Shown: positions 1 to 9,787, counted from the first letter of the stretch. The stretch: 64,000 bases of DNA from a bacterium (GCA_044868695.1 JBIOWP010000107.1:4966-68965), one strand, 5' to 3'. Numbers and translations: made by a program. The notes: a model not told the origin generated them from the sequence alone.

Positions 1-387
1 GTCACTGCTTACGATGCGGACGGACATGCGCCGGTTCTGCCGGAGCAGCGTGGCGAGGACGTCGTCGGCTTCATAGCCCGGTTCCAGGAACACCGGCACG
101 CCCAGCGCACGGACGAACTGCATCGCATACGGCATCTGTGCCTTGATCTCGTCCGGATGTTCGTAGTGGTTGATCTTGTAGTCGGGATCCAGGCGATGCT
201 TGACGAGCGGCGGGTCGGCGGTGAACGCGACCGCCGCGTGCGAGGGGCGGGCCGACCGCAGCAGGCTCCACATCATTGACGCAAACCCGTGGAGGCCGTT
301 CGTGGGGAGCCCGTCCGCATTGGTGAAATAGGGGATGGCGTTGGCCGCGCGGTAGAGCAGGCCGTCCCCGTCGACAAGGTAGAGCAC
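1..387 (-). CDS. 5'-3' exonuclease / flap endonuclease-like protein (PolA N-terminal-type domain), 3'-truncated by window edge
   Basis: Hand translation from GTG at 387: MLYLVDGDGLLYRAANAIPYFTNADGLPTNGLHGF...DPDYK...EPGYEADDVLATL...IVSSD, carrying the LVDG, YK and EADD motifs of the 5'-3' exonuclease family. Absent from the ORF track because it runs off the edge. Confidence 0.85.
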   Translation of the reverse strand, partial: MLYLVDGDGLLYRAANAIPYFTNADGLPTNGLHGFASMMWSLLRSARPSHAAVAFTADPPLVKHRLDPDYKINHYEHPDEIKAQMPYAMQFVRALGVPVFLEPGYEADDVLATLLRQNRRMSVRIVSSD

Positions 388-389
388 GG

Positions 390-1370
390 TTACAACGCGA
401 CCGGTCGCCCCGACCGCGCCGACACGCGCAGCGCGTCCAGCGCCCGCATGTTCGCGACGGCCTCCTGTGGGGGAAACCGCGGGGACGCGCCGTCGAGAAT
501 GCACGTCCCCATGTGATCGATCATCAGCATGTACTGGTTCGTCCCGGGAATCTCCACGCGCTCCTCGCGATCGCCGCGCCGGAGCAGCATCACCGCCGGA
601 TCCTCTTCCGGCTGGAACGGCCGGGGCAGGGTGATGGCGCCCTCGGCGCCGACCACTTCGCAGAACTGGCGGTATGGCGCCCGCACGCCGCAGTCGATCA
701 ACGCGGTGCCGGCCGGTGTGGTGAGCATCGCCGCCAGCCGGACGTCCACGTCCCGCTCGTACGTCCCCGACGCCCACACCGTGCGCGGTTCGCCCAGCAG
801 GAGGCGGCTGATGTTCACGCAGTAACATCCGACGTCGAGCAGCCCGCCGCCGCCCAGCGCGGCGTTGAGGCGGATGTCGTCGTCACTGCGGACGGTGAAC
901 GTGAACGCCGATCGGACCAGCGCGGGCGCGCCGACGGCGCCGGCGCGCACCAGCGCCCGCAGCTCGTCGATCTGTGGGTGGAAGCGGTACATGAACGCTT
1001 CCTGCAGCAGGATGCCCGCGCGGGCGCAAGTGTCCACCATCTGCTGCGCCTGGGCCGCATCCGGCGCGAGCGGTTTCTCGCACAGCACGTGCTTACCGGC
1101 CTGGGCCGCGCGTGCCGTCCACTCCGGATGCAGGCTGTTGGGCAGCGGGTTGTAGACGGCATCGATCTCCGGGTCGGCCAGAAGCGCCTCGTAGGAGTCA
1201 TACACCCGCGGGATACTGAACTGCGCGGCGACCTCGCGGGCCCGTGCCGCGTCACGGCTGGCAATGGCGGCGGCTGTCCCGGTGCGGCTGCGCAGGAGCG
1301 CGGGGATGACCCGCCGGACGCCGATGCGGGCGGCGCCCAGCATGCCCCACCGCAGCCGGCGGCCGGTCAT
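390..1370 (-). CDS. Gfo/Idh/MocA family oxidoreductase
   Basis: WGMLGAARIG Rossmann start, HVLCEKP, GGGLLDVGCY motifs; ATG at 1370 overlaps the upstream stop (ATGA). Confidence 0.9.
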   Translation of the reverse strand: MTGRRLRWGMLGAARIGVRRVIPALLRSRTGTAAAIASRDAARAREVAAQFSIPRVYDSYEALLADPEIDAVYNPLPNSLHPEWTARAAQAGKHVLCEKPLAPDAAQAQQMVDTCARAGILLQEAFMYRFHPQIDELRALVRAGAVGAPALVRSAFTFTVRSDDDIRLNAALGGGGLLDVGCYCVNISRLLLGEPRTVWASGTYERDVDVRLAAMLTTPAGTALIDCGVRAPYRQFCEVVGAEGAITLPRPFQPEEDPAVMLLRRGDREERVEIPGTNQYMLMIDHMGTCILDGASPRFPPQEAVANMRALDALRVSARSGRPVAL

Positions 1371-1984
1371 GGCACCCGGCGGTTCAACCACTCGAGCAGA
1401 CTCCGCACGAGGGCCGAGACCGCCGCACTTGCCACGGCCAGAATGCCGGCGGTCAGCGCGAGCCCGCCCCCCAGGAAAATGGGATCGCGGTTGAGCAGGC
1501 CGATCCCCAGGATCAGCACGGTCAGCGCCGGAGGTGTGTTCAGAAACGGCAGCGGGCTGAGCAAGACGATCCCCAGCAACAGCATGGCGATCGCGACGAC
1601 CCGCGTGAGGACGGCGTCCGGGATCCACAGCCGCCGCGGCTGCGTGAACTGTTCAATGCGCCGGAGAAACGGGATCCCCCGCTTCTGCAGCGCCTGCACC
1701 GCGCGTGCGCTTATCTGGTAGCGCCTGACCCGCGCCGGCAGCCACGGCCGCTGCAGACCGATCAACATCTGCGCCGCCAGGACAATGTACACCAGGCCGA
1801 CGAAGGCTGCGGATCCGGGAGGCAGCACCGGGATCATCGTGGGAAGCGCGAGGATGATCATGATGAGGCCGAAGCCGCGCTGTGCCACCCGGTCGGCCAG
1901 CTCGCCGACGGTAACGACGCGATCGCTCAGCGTTTCAGCGATGATCGTGGACAGTACCTCGCGCTCGGACGGGGTGGTCGCCAT
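1367..1984 (-). CDS. ExoD-like exopolysaccharide-synthesis family membrane protein
   Basis: RGFGLIMIILALP, QMLIG..RPWLP, PLPFLNTPPA and RDPIF motifs typical of ExoD family. Confidence 0.8.
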   Translation of the reverse strand: MATTPSEREVLSTIIAETLSDRVVTVGELADRVAQRGFGLIMIILALPTMIPVLPPGSAAFVGLVYIVLAAQMLIGLQRPWLPARVRRYQISARAVQALQKRGIPFLRRIEQFTQPRRLWIPDAVLTRVVAIAMLLLGIVLLSPLPFLNTPPALTVLILGIGLLNRDPIFLGGGLALTAGILAVASAAVSALVRSLLEWLNRRVP

Positions 1985-2115
1985 GGCCTGTCGGGTCGCG
2001 CAGGTCGCGCACCGGCCACCGGAAAGGTTCACCGCCGTGCCAACGGCCCCTGTTCACCCCATGCGACAAGGAGAGTGCGCCGCGTGCGCGGAAATGGTTG
2101 CGCGTGACGACGCCC

Positions 2116-2541
2116 ATGCCCTTCACCCCCTATGACCGCAAGTATCTCGCCGGCATCGTCCACCAGGTCTGGCGGGCGTGCCAGGTGTACGTCACGATGA
2201 CGATGGAGCGCGGCCCCCGCGACGCGCGGCCCGCGCTGGATGAGCTCGCCAAGTGGGCGGCCGGCCAGCGCCGCGACCTGGGCCCGCGCACCGCCGCTCC
2301 GCGCAGCCTGAGTCTGCCTGCGCTGCGGGCGGGCCGGGAGCTGCTCGATGACGTGGAGACGATCAGCCGGCGCGTGATGGACATGGTGGCGGTGCTGGAA
2401 CGGTCGTCGCTCCCGCCCGACCAGATCGAAGAGCAGACGCTGGGGATCATCGAGGGCGTCCTGCGGTGGACCAGCCTCATGGCGACCCAGCTGGGCATCA
2501 CCCGGAACCTGCGCCCCCACATGCTCTGGTTTGAACGCTGA
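2116..2541 (+). CDS. Hypothetical helical protein (141 aa)
   Basis: Clean ORF with GC3-biased codons filling the space before the SDR gene; no recognisable motif. Confidence 0.65.
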   Translation: MPFTPYDRKYLAGIVHQVWRACQVYVTMTMERGPRDARPALDELAKWAAGQRRDLGPRTAAPRSLSLPALRAGRELLDDVETISRRVMDMVAVLERSSLPPDQIEEQTLGIIEGVLRWTSLMATQLGITRNLRPHMLWFER

Positions 2542-2582
2542 CACGAAGCACGCGTCAGTGATCACACGGTTTTCAACCTGAG

Positions 2583-3293
2583 ATGCTGCTTTCCGACACC
2601 GTCGCCATGATCACCGGCGCCGCCGGCGGCCTGGGCCGTGAGACCGTCCGGGTCTTCCTCGAGGAGGGCGCGTCCGTCGTCGGCACCGATGTCGCTGAGA
2701 TGTCGATGGACGCGATGGGACTTGCCGCGGACGCGCGCGCGCGGTGCATGCTGGTGCGCTATGACGTGACGACCGAGCGCGGGGCGGCCGATCAGATGGC
2801 GGCGGCGCTGCGGCAGTTCGGGCGTGTCGACGCGCTGGTGAACATCGTCGGCGGATGGAAAGGCGGTGTTCCGCTGCACGAGACTCCCCTCGCGGAGTGG
2901 GAGGCGATGTTGTCCCTCAATCTGACGTCCGCCTTCCTGTGCTGCCGCGCGGCGCTGCCGCACATGCTGGAGCGCCAGTCGGGCCGCATCGTCAACATCT
3001 CATCGCGCACGGCCGTCCTGCCGGTGGGGCGCCAGGCGGCGTACAACGCGGCGAAGGCCGGCATCATCGCCCTGACGCAGACGCTCGCCGACGAGGTCAA
3101 GCACCAGGGGATCACCGTGAACTGTGTGTTGCCCAGCATCTTGGACACCGAGGCCAACCGGCGCGCGTTTCCCAAGGGCGACCCGGCGAAATGGGTGAAG
3201 CCGGCCGATCTGGCCCGGTTGCTGGCGTTTCTTGCGTCAGACGCCGCGTCGCAGGTGACCGGCGCCGCCATTCCCGTGTACGGCCGCTCCTAG
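2583..3293 (+). CDS. Short-chain dehydrogenase/reductase (classical SDR)
   Basis: TGAAGGLG, VNIVGG, NISS and YNAAK catalytic motif. Confidence 0.92.
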   Translation: MLLSDTVAMITGAAGGLGRETVRVFLEEGASVVGTDVAEMSMDAMGLAADARARCMLVRYDVTTERGAADQMAAALRQFGRVDALVNIVGGWKGGVPLHETPLAEWEAMLSLNLTSAFLCCRAALPHMLERQSGRIVNISSRTAVLPVGRQAAYNAAKAGIIALTQTLADEVKHQGITVNCVLPSILDTEANRRAFPKGDPAKWVKPADLARLLAFLASDAASQVTGAAIPVYGRS

Positions 3294-3333
3294 CCCGCCC
3301 GCGGGCGCGCAGGAGAAAAACGGAGGTGCCCAG

Positions 3334-4143
3334 ATGCCTGGAAACGGCCCCGTGGTCGCGGCCGAGAAGGTCTTCCGAGTGTTCGTGACACGCGGGTCAG
3401 GCGGGCAGCGGGCCTTCCTCGCGCTGCGCGACGTTTCGCTGACCATCGAGCCGGGGCGTTTCATCAGTCTGGTGGGCCCGTCCGGCTGCGGCAAATCCAC
3501 ACTCCTGAACATGATCGCCGGGCTGGTGCGGCCGACCGAAGGCGTGCTGCGCTACAAGGGCCGGGTGGTGGACGGTATCAACACCGACGTCGGCTACATC
3601 ACCCAGGATGACAACCTGCTGCCCTGGCGGACGCTAGTGGAAAACGTCGAACTCGCGCTGGAGTTCCGCGGCGCGCCGTCCGCCCGCCGGCGCGAACTGT
3701 CCGCCCGGTTCATCGAGATGGTGGGTCTGGGCGGCTTCGAGCATCACTACCCGCACGAACTGTCCGGCGGCATGCGCAAGCGCGCGGCGCTCATCCGCAC
3801 GCTGATCTACGATCCCGACGTCATCCTGATGGACGAACCCTTCGGCCCGCTCGACGCGCAGACGCGCGTCATCCTGCAGGACGAACTGCTCAAACTGTGG
3901 GGCGGCACGGGCAAGACCGTGGTGTTTGTCACGCACGATCTGGTCGAAGCGATCGCGCTGTCTGACGAGATCGCGCTGTTCAGCCGCGCGCCGGGCACGA
4001 TCAAGCGCGTCTACCGCGTGCCGCTGCCGCGGCCGCGCGACGTCTTCCGCATTCACGCGGATCCCAGCTTTCCAGAGTTCTACGACCGCCTGTGGCGGGA
4101 CTTAAAAGAAGAGATCACCGACGTGGCACTGGAGGTGAGCTAG
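3334..4143 (+). CDS. ABC transporter ATP-binding protein, NitT/TauT family
   Basis: Walker A GPSGCGKST, signature LSGGM, Walker B ILMDEPF, H-loop VTHD. Confidence 0.93.
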   Translation: MPGNGPVVAAEKVFRVFVTRGSGGQRAFLALRDVSLTIEPGRFISLVGPSGCGKSTLLNMIAGLVRPTEGVLRYKGRVVDGINTDVGYITQDDNLLPWRTLVENVELALEFRGAPSARRRELSARFIEMVGLGGFEHHYPHELSGGMRKRAALIRTLIYDPDVILMDEPFGPLDAQTRVILQDELLKLWGGTGKTVVFVTHDLVEAIALSDEIALFSRAPGTIKRVYRVPLPRPRDVFRIHADPSFPEFYDRLWRDLKEEITDVALEVS

Positions 4144-4145
4144 CC

Positions 4146-5015
4146 GTGGGAGTTCAGGAAGCCGCCGTCGGGCTGGCCGAGGGCCGCCACGCCGGGCTGG
4201 TCCGCGAGGTTGAGCGGTCCGAAGCGGCGCGCCGCCGCGCGGAGCGCCGGGCCACGACCCTCGGCCGCCTCGCGTTTGCCGCCGCCTTCCTGCTGGCGTG
4301 GGAAGCTGCGTCGGGCCGGATTGTCGACCAGTTCTTCGTCAGCCGGCCCAGCGCCATCGCCGCTTCGCTGTGGGCGATGGTGGTCCGCGAGCAGCTCTTC
4401 TACCACCTGCAGTTCACGATCACCGAGGCGCTGGTCGGCTATCTCATCGGTGCGGGCGCAGGCCTGATCCTCGGGTTCTCGCTGGGGCGGGCGGACCTCG
4501 TGTACCGGATCGTCGAGCCGTTCCTCGTGGCATTCTACGGCATCCCGCGGATCGCCCTGGCGCCGCTGTTCATCCTGTGGTTTGGGATTGGGATCACCTC
4601 GAAGATCGCGGTGGCCGCGGTGATGGTCTTCTTCATCGTGTTCATCAACACGATCGCCGGCATCCGGGCCGCGCCGCCCCAGTTGCTGCAGGTGGCGCGG
4701 GTCATGGGGGCCACCGAATGGGATCTGACGCGCAAGGTCGTGTTTCCCGCGGCCACCCCCTTTATCGTGGCGGCGCTGCAGATCACCGTGCCTCAGGCGA
4801 TGATCGGCGCGATCGTCGGCGAGTTCATCTCCAGCAACCGCGGCGTCGGCCATCTGATCAGCCGCGCGGCGGGGTGGCTGGATACGCCCGGGTTGTTCGC
4901 CGGGATCGTGGCGCTGCTGGTCGTGGTGCTGGTGATGAACCTGGGGATCACAGCGCTGGGACGGTACTTGATGCGGTGGAATCCGCGGCAGACGAATCTG
5001 CGTGACGTGCCGTAG
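4146..5015 (+). CDS. ABC transporter permease, NitT/TauT family
   Basis: Multiple TM segments, IPRIALAPLF and EAA-like LQVARVMGA loop, GAIVGEF; GTG start at 4146. Confidence 0.9.
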   Translation: MGVQEAAVGLAEGRHAGLVREVERSEAARRRAERRATTLGRLAFAAAFLLAWEAASGRIVDQFFVSRPSAIAASLWAMVVREQLFYHLQFTITEALVGYLIGAGAGLILGFSLGRADLVYRIVEPFLVAFYGIPRIALAPLFILWFGIGITSKIAVAAVMVFFIVFINTIAGIRAAPPQLLQVARVMGATEWDLTRKVVFPAATPFIVAALQITVPQAMIGAIVGEFISSNRGVGHLISRAAGWLDTPGLFAGIVALLVVVLVMNLGITALGRYLMRWNPRQTNLRDVP

Positions 5016-5034
5016 GCACGGGGGGAGGGGGACG

Positions 5035-6054
5035 ATGAAGGAGCGATGGGTTGTGCGGGTCGTGCTGATCGCCGGCGCGTTGATGGTGGCCGCCGCTGGA
5101 GTGGCGGCGCAGGCGCCCCGGGTCAAGATCCGGGAAGCTCACACCGGCACTCTGTTCATGGCGCCGGTCTATATCGCCGAGGCCGCCGGTTACATGGGGG
5201 AGGAAGCGATCGACCTCGAGCTCATCGAGGTCGAGAGCGGCGCCCTTGGGATTGCCGCGCTAGTGTCCGGGCAGGTGCAGTTCTTCGACGCCGACCCGTT
5301 CCAGGCGGTGGAGCTGCGCCGGCAGGGGCGGCAGATTCTGTTCATCTACAACCTGACCAAGCGGGTCACGCTCGACATGGTCATGCATCCCGAGGTGGCG
5401 CGCGCGAAGACTCTCAGCCGCACCACGCCCATTGGGCAGCGCTTCGCCGCGCTGCGGGGGATGAAGCTCGGCATCACCCGGCCGGGCGCGGCCACGGACG
5501 TCTACATGCGGTACTACCTCAAGCGCGCGGGCCTGAACCCCGACCGCGATGCGCAGCTCGTCGCCATCGGCGGCGGCGGTCCTCTCCTGGCCGCGCTGCG
5601 GACACGGCAGATCGATGCCTTCCACCTGTCCGCCCCCACGCCCTATCTGGCGGAGAAGGACGGCTACGGCGTCGTGGTGATCAAGGCCTCGGCCGGCGAC
5701 GTCCCCGAGCTCGACAACTTCATGTACACCGGGATCTCCGTCTACAACGTCTACGCCAACCAGAATCCCGACCTGCTGCGCCGCTGGGTCCGGGCGGTCA
5801 ACCGCGCGAACCAGCTGATGCGCAGCGACCTGGCCGCGGCGGTGGGGCACCTGCGGAAGTACTTCCCGCGCACCGACCCGGAGGTGCTGACACTCGCCTT
5901 GCGCGAGATCATCCCGGCGCTGTCCGAAAACGGCACCATCAGCGAGCAGATGATGGACAAGCATCTGCAGTTCATGCTCGACGACGGCCAGATCCCGTTC
6001 AAGCCGTCGGCGAAGGAAGGGATTCTCTGGACGAACCGCTTTATCGGACGGTAG
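5035..6054 (+). CDS. ABC transporter substrate-binding protein, NitT/TauT (SsuA/Thi5-like) family
   Basis: Signal peptide (MKERWVVRVVLIAGALMVAAAGVAAQA), LRGMKLGITRPG and AL..GQVQ/IDAF motifs; last gene of ABC trio. Confidence 0.85.
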   Translation: MKERWVVRVVLIAGALMVAAAGVAAQAPRVKIREAHTGTLFMAPVYIAEAAGYMGEEAIDLELIEVESGALGIAALVSGQVQFFDADPFQAVELRRQGRQILFIYNLTKRVTLDMVMHPEVARAKTLSRTTPIGQRFAALRGMKLGITRPGAATDVYMRYYLKRAGLNPDRDAQLVAIGGGGPLLAALRTRQIDAFHLSAPTPYLAEKDGYGVVVIKASAGDVPELDNFMYTGISVYNVYANQNPDLLRRWVRAVNRANQLMRSDLAAAVGHLRKYFPRTDPEVLTLALREIIPALSENGTISEQMMDKHLQFMLDDGQIPFKPSAKEGILWTNRFIGR

Positions 6055-6643
6055 CGGTGCGCGCTCGGAGGAGCTCCGTCCGGCGGAAGCAGCCGACGGT
6101 GTGGTCGTTGACGAGTCCCACGGCCTGCATGAACGCGTAGCAGATTGTGGGGCCGACGAAGCGGAATCCCCGCCGGCGGAGCTCCTTGCTCATCGCGACG
6201 GAGATCGCGGTCTGCGCCGGGATCTCGCCCAGCGTGCGGGGCCGGTTCGCCAGCGGCCGGCCGTCCACGAAGCGCCAGATGAACCGGTCAAACGACCCGA
6301 ACTCCCGCTGGACGTCGAGGAATCGTCGCGCGTTCGCGATCGCCGCGAGGATCTTGGCGCGGTTGCGGATGATGCCCGCGTCCGCCATCAACCGCGTCAC
6401 GCGTCGCGCGTCGTAGCGCGCCACGAGCCGGGGGTCGAATCGGGAGAAGGCGCGGCGAAAGTTCCGCCGCTTGCGCAGGATCGTGTCCCAGCTCAGCCCT
6501 GCCTGCATGCCCTCCAGGATGAGGAACTCGAAGAGGGTCCGGTCGCTGTGCTCCGGCTTCCCCCACTCTCGGTCGTGATACGCGCGCATCAACGGACTGC
6601 CGTCCGCCCACGCGCACCGCTTCTGTTGCTTTGGACGCCTCAC
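6041..6643 (-). CDS. tag: DNA-3-methyladenine glycosylase I
   Basis: RCAW, YHDREWG, LEGMQAGLSW, IIRNRAKI, FVGPTICYAFMQAVGLVNDH..C motifs. Confidence 0.95.
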   Translation of the reverse strand: MRRPKQQKRCAWADGSPLMRAYHDREWGKPEHSDRTLFEFLILEGMQAGLSWDTILRKRRNFRRAFSRFDPRLVARYDARRVTRLMADAGIIRNRAKILAAIANARRFLDVQREFGSFDRFIWRFVDGRPLANRPRTLGEIPAQTAISVAMSKELRRRGFRFVGPTICYAFMQAVGLVNDHTVGCFRRTELLRARTATVR

Positions 6644-6683
6644 GTATCCTCGGCTCCCTAATCCCTGCTCCCTGATCCCGTCC

Positions 6684-7574
6684 TCAGGGTTTGGGCGCCG
6701 CCACATGGTTGCGCAGCACGCCGATCCCCTCCACCTCGGCCTCCACGATGTCCCCGACATGCAGCCACCTGGGCGGGTCGAACCCCATCCCCACGCCCTC
6801 CGGCGTGCCCGTGGCCATGATGTCGCCGGGCTCGATGGTCATCCCGGCTGAGAGGGTTTCGATCAGCCGCGCCACGCTGAAGATCATGTTGGCGGTGGTG
6901 GAGTTCTGGCGCACCTCACCGTTGACGCGCATCCCCAGGCGCAGGCGCTGGGGATCGGGGATGGCCGATCGGGAGACGATCCACGGCCCCAGGGGAGCGA
7001 AGGTGTCCAGCGACTTGCCTTTGAACCACTGCTGGTGCCGGCGCTGGAGGTCGCGGGCGGTGACGTCGTTCATGATCGTGTACCCGAAGACGTAGTCCAA
7101 CGCCTTGGCGGCGGGAATATCCCGGCCCCGCCGCCCGAACACCACCGCCAGCTCCACTTCGTAGTCCAGCGACTGGGTGGCCCGGTGGTAGGTCACGGGC
7201 GCGTTCGGTCCGATCACCGTGGTGGGCGGCTTGGTGAAGAAGACCGGCACGTCGGGCGGTGCCACGCCGCCCTCCCGGGCATGCTCCGCATAGTTGCGGC
7301 CCATGCACATGATGTTCTTGCGGGGCCGCTGGATCGGGGCCAGCAGTCTGGCCCGGGCGAGCGGGATCGACGCGCGCTTGGCTTTCACCCAGGCCTCCGC
7401 CTCGGCCGCCAGCGCGCGCAGCGACGCCGCCGGCACCTCCGCGATCAGGCCGATCATGTCGCCCGGCACCCTAACTTTCTTTCGCCTGGCGACCGACTCC
7501 AGATCTACAACCCTGTCCTCCACGACAAACGCCAGGCGTGGCTCCCGTCCCGCCTGATAGGTGGCAACGCGCAC
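6684..7574 (-). CDS. Fumarylacetoacetate hydrolase family protein
   Basis: CMGRNYAEH, FFTKP, DYEVEL, NDVTARDLQ, GKSLDTF, GDIMATGTPEGVG; GGAGGAGG RBS before GTG at 7574. Confidence 0.93.
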   Translation of the reverse strand: MRVATYQAGREPRLAFVVEDRVVDLESVARRKKVRVPGDMIGLIAEVPAASLRALAAEAEAWVKAKRASIPLARARLLAPIQRPRKNIMCMGRNYAEHAREGGVAPPDVPVFFTKPPTTVIGPNAPVTYHRATQSLDYEVELAVVFGRRGRDIPAAKALDYVFGYTIMNDVTARDLQRRHQQWFKGKSLDTFAPLGPWIVSRSAIPDPQRLRLGMRVNGEVRQNSTTANMIFSVARLIETLSAGMTIEPGDIMATGTPEGVGMGFDPPRWLHVGDIVEAEVEGIGVLRNHVAAPKP

Positions 7575-7685
7575 GTCTGCGACCTCCTCCATCCAGTCGG
7601 TGGTTCGTGTTCGGCAGGGTGTGCTTCTGCGCATCACGAACGCTACCCTCTGGTTCCCCAGAACCGCGTTTTCAGGAGGCGAGGT

Positions 7686-8807
7686 ATGCCCAGGGTCCTG
7701 GTATTCGCCGGCACAACTGGTGGATTGTTTGTGTTCGAGAGCGACGCCAAGCGCGCGAAGTGGAAGAAACGCGGTCCGGTGCTCAAGGGCGTTTCGGTCA
7801 ACCACTTTGCCTGGGATCCGAAGGCGAAGACGCTGTACGCGACGACGGCGACCGACGGGGTGCTCGCCAGCCGGTCCTTCGGCCGGACGTGGACGCCGCT
7901 CAACGACGGCCTGCCGATCCGCAAAGTGTGGTCGGTGGCCGTCAACCCCAAAGACTCAGACGAGCTGTGGGCCGGGACGCACTTCAGCTATCTGTTCCAC
8001 AGCACCGACCGCGGCCGGACGTGGACGCTGCACCCCGGGTATCTTGAGGCCCCGGGGAAAGACAAGCGGTGGGGCGACTGGGCGTTCGGGACGATCGGCA
8101 ACTCCCTGCATGGGATTCATATCGATCCGAAGGACCCCAGACGGATGGTCATCGTCAGCAGCACCGATCACGGCGCCGTGCGGACCCAGGACGGCGGGCA
8201 GACCTGGGAGTATGCGCGAGCTGGCGTCTATGAATCGTGTCCAATCGCGGGCACGTCGGACCACTCGAAACCGGTGAGCGACGACGAGCGGCAGAAGAGT
8301 GTCGAGCAGCACCTCTCCTCGGTCCATTCCTGCACACACCGCGTCGGCGTCTCGCCGGTGGACGCGAACGTGCTCTACCGGCAGCAGCACTGCGGCGTGT
8401 ATCGCAGCGACGACTTCGGCGCGACCTGGCGCGATATCTCCGCCGGTCTGCCGGACCGCCACGGGTTTCCGCTGGCGGTGCACCCGAAGGACGTCAACAC
8501 GGCGTATGTCGTGCCGGCCTACCAGGGGAAGTGCCGGAAGCACAACTCCTGCATCCAGGGAGCGCTGGACGTGTACCGCACCCGTAACGGCGGGCGGTCG
8601 TGGCAGAAGCTCAGCGACGGCCTCCCGCAGAAGGTGCATACCGTCGTCCTGCGGCATGGCATGCATGCCGATCCGCTGCAGCCCTCCGGCGTGTACTTCG
8701 GGACGACGGCGGGCGACGTGTACGCCAGTGCGAACGAGGGCGATACCTGGGTGCGGCTGGCCAAAGGATTGCCGCGCGTCCAGGGTGTGGTGGCTGCGGT
8801 CGTCTAG
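7686..8807 (+). CDS. BNR/Asp-box repeat beta-propeller protein (WD40/YVTN/BNR-like), no signal peptide
   Basis: Repeated S-x-D/N-x-G-x-T/S-W boxes (SRSFGRTW, STDRGRTW, TQDGGQTW, SDDFGATW, TRNGGRSW, SANEGDTW); GGAGG RBS. Confidence 0.85.
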   Translation: MPRVLVFAGTTGGLFVFESDAKRAKWKKRGPVLKGVSVNHFAWDPKAKTLYATTATDGVLASRSFGRTWTPLNDGLPIRKVWSVAVNPKDSDELWAGTHFSYLFHSTDRGRTWTLHPGYLEAPGKDKRWGDWAFGTIGNSLHGIHIDPKDPRRMVIVSSTDHGAVRTQDGGQTWEYARAGVYESCPIAGTSDHSKPVSDDERQKSVEQHLSSVHSCTHRVGVSPVDANVLYRQQHCGVYRSDDFGATWRDISAGLPDRHGFPLAVHPKDVNTAYVVPAYQGKCRKHNSCIQGALDVYRTRNGGRSWQKLSDGLPQKVHTVVLRHGMHADPLQPSGVYFGTTAGDVYASANEGDTWVRLAKGLPRVQGVVAAVV

Positions 8808-9604
8808 GGGGTCGCGGGTTCGGGAGAGAGCAGCGACGGATCGCGCTCGAGCACCTGCACCGTGTCGCCCGTGGCCTGTGCGACGGTCTTGACCCGGAAG
8901 TCGCGGTACAACGCCGGCGCCAGAGGTTGGGCGACCTGCGTGAAGACCGTCACGGCCACTTCGCGCATCTCCGCGTCCACGTGGAGTTCCCCGCGCTTCT
9001 CGAAGAACTCCCGCCAGGCGCGGTGGTTGCCCGTGATCACGATGTGGGTCTCGGTCATGTTGGGCAGCACGCAGCGGGCCGCCTCGCGCGCGCGCTTGCG
9101 CCGCAGCGTCTTGTCTTCCAGGCCCTTCAGCTTGCCGGCGCCGATCTCCGTCAGCGTCTGGTAAGCTTCTTGAATCTTCACGTAGAGATCCTCGAAGACC
9201 GCTATTGCCGCCGGATCCGCGCGGAACAGCGGGGGAATCACAAACGGCGCGTCGTCTTCGCTGACGAACCGCTGGCTGAGCTGAGAGTAGCTGAAGTGGC
9301 GGTGGCGTACCATCTCGTGGGTGAACGAACGCGTCACGCCGGTGAGCATGACCGTGAACCCGGCGTGCTCGATGACGCTGTAGTGCTTCATCTCCAGGAT
9401 GTGCGAGAGATAGCCTTCGTTCGTGGCCGTCGCGGGGTTGGGTTTCCGCCAGGACTGGTAGCACGCGCGACCGGCAAACTCCACGAGCTTCCCGGCGTCG
9501 GATTCCGAATCGGTGGTCCATACCGCCCAGGGCGTGCCCTCGGACTCCTCCAGGGAGAACCGCGTCTCGGCGACTTTGACGACTTTCAACTGGGCGGTAC
9601 GCAC
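8804..9604 (-). CDS. thyX: Flavin-dependent thymidylate synthase
   Basis: ThyX motif THEMVRHRHFSYSQLSQR, GRACYQS, HYSVIEH, REAARCVLPN; GAGGT RBS before GTG at 9604. Confidence 0.96.
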   Translation of the reverse strand: MRTAQLKVVKVAETRFSLEESEGTPWAVWTTDSESDAGKLVEFAGRACYQSWRKPNPATATNEGYLSHILEMKHYSVIEHAGFTVMLTGVTRSFTHEMVRHRHFSYSQLSQRFVSEDDAPFVIPPLFRADPAAIAVFEDLYVKIQEAYQTLTEIGAGKLKGLEDKTLRRKRAREAARCVLPNMTETHIVITGNHRAWREFFEKRGELHVDAEMREVAVTVFTQVAQPLAPALYRDFRVKTVAQATGDTVQVLERDPSLLSPEPATP

Positions 9605-9787
9605 CAGACCGACCTCGGTGAAACGATTTTGACCCCAGGGAGGAGGTGCGGGCGAAGGAGGAGTGGTGTCCGTCTGTTGCTTCGTGGGGAGCCTGTCGTG
9701 GAGGCGTCCAAGATCAGACTCGTAGGCTCCTCCCCCCTGCGGGTCTTTGATGGTATTCAGCGCCGGGAGCAGGATTCCTGCCTCAGA

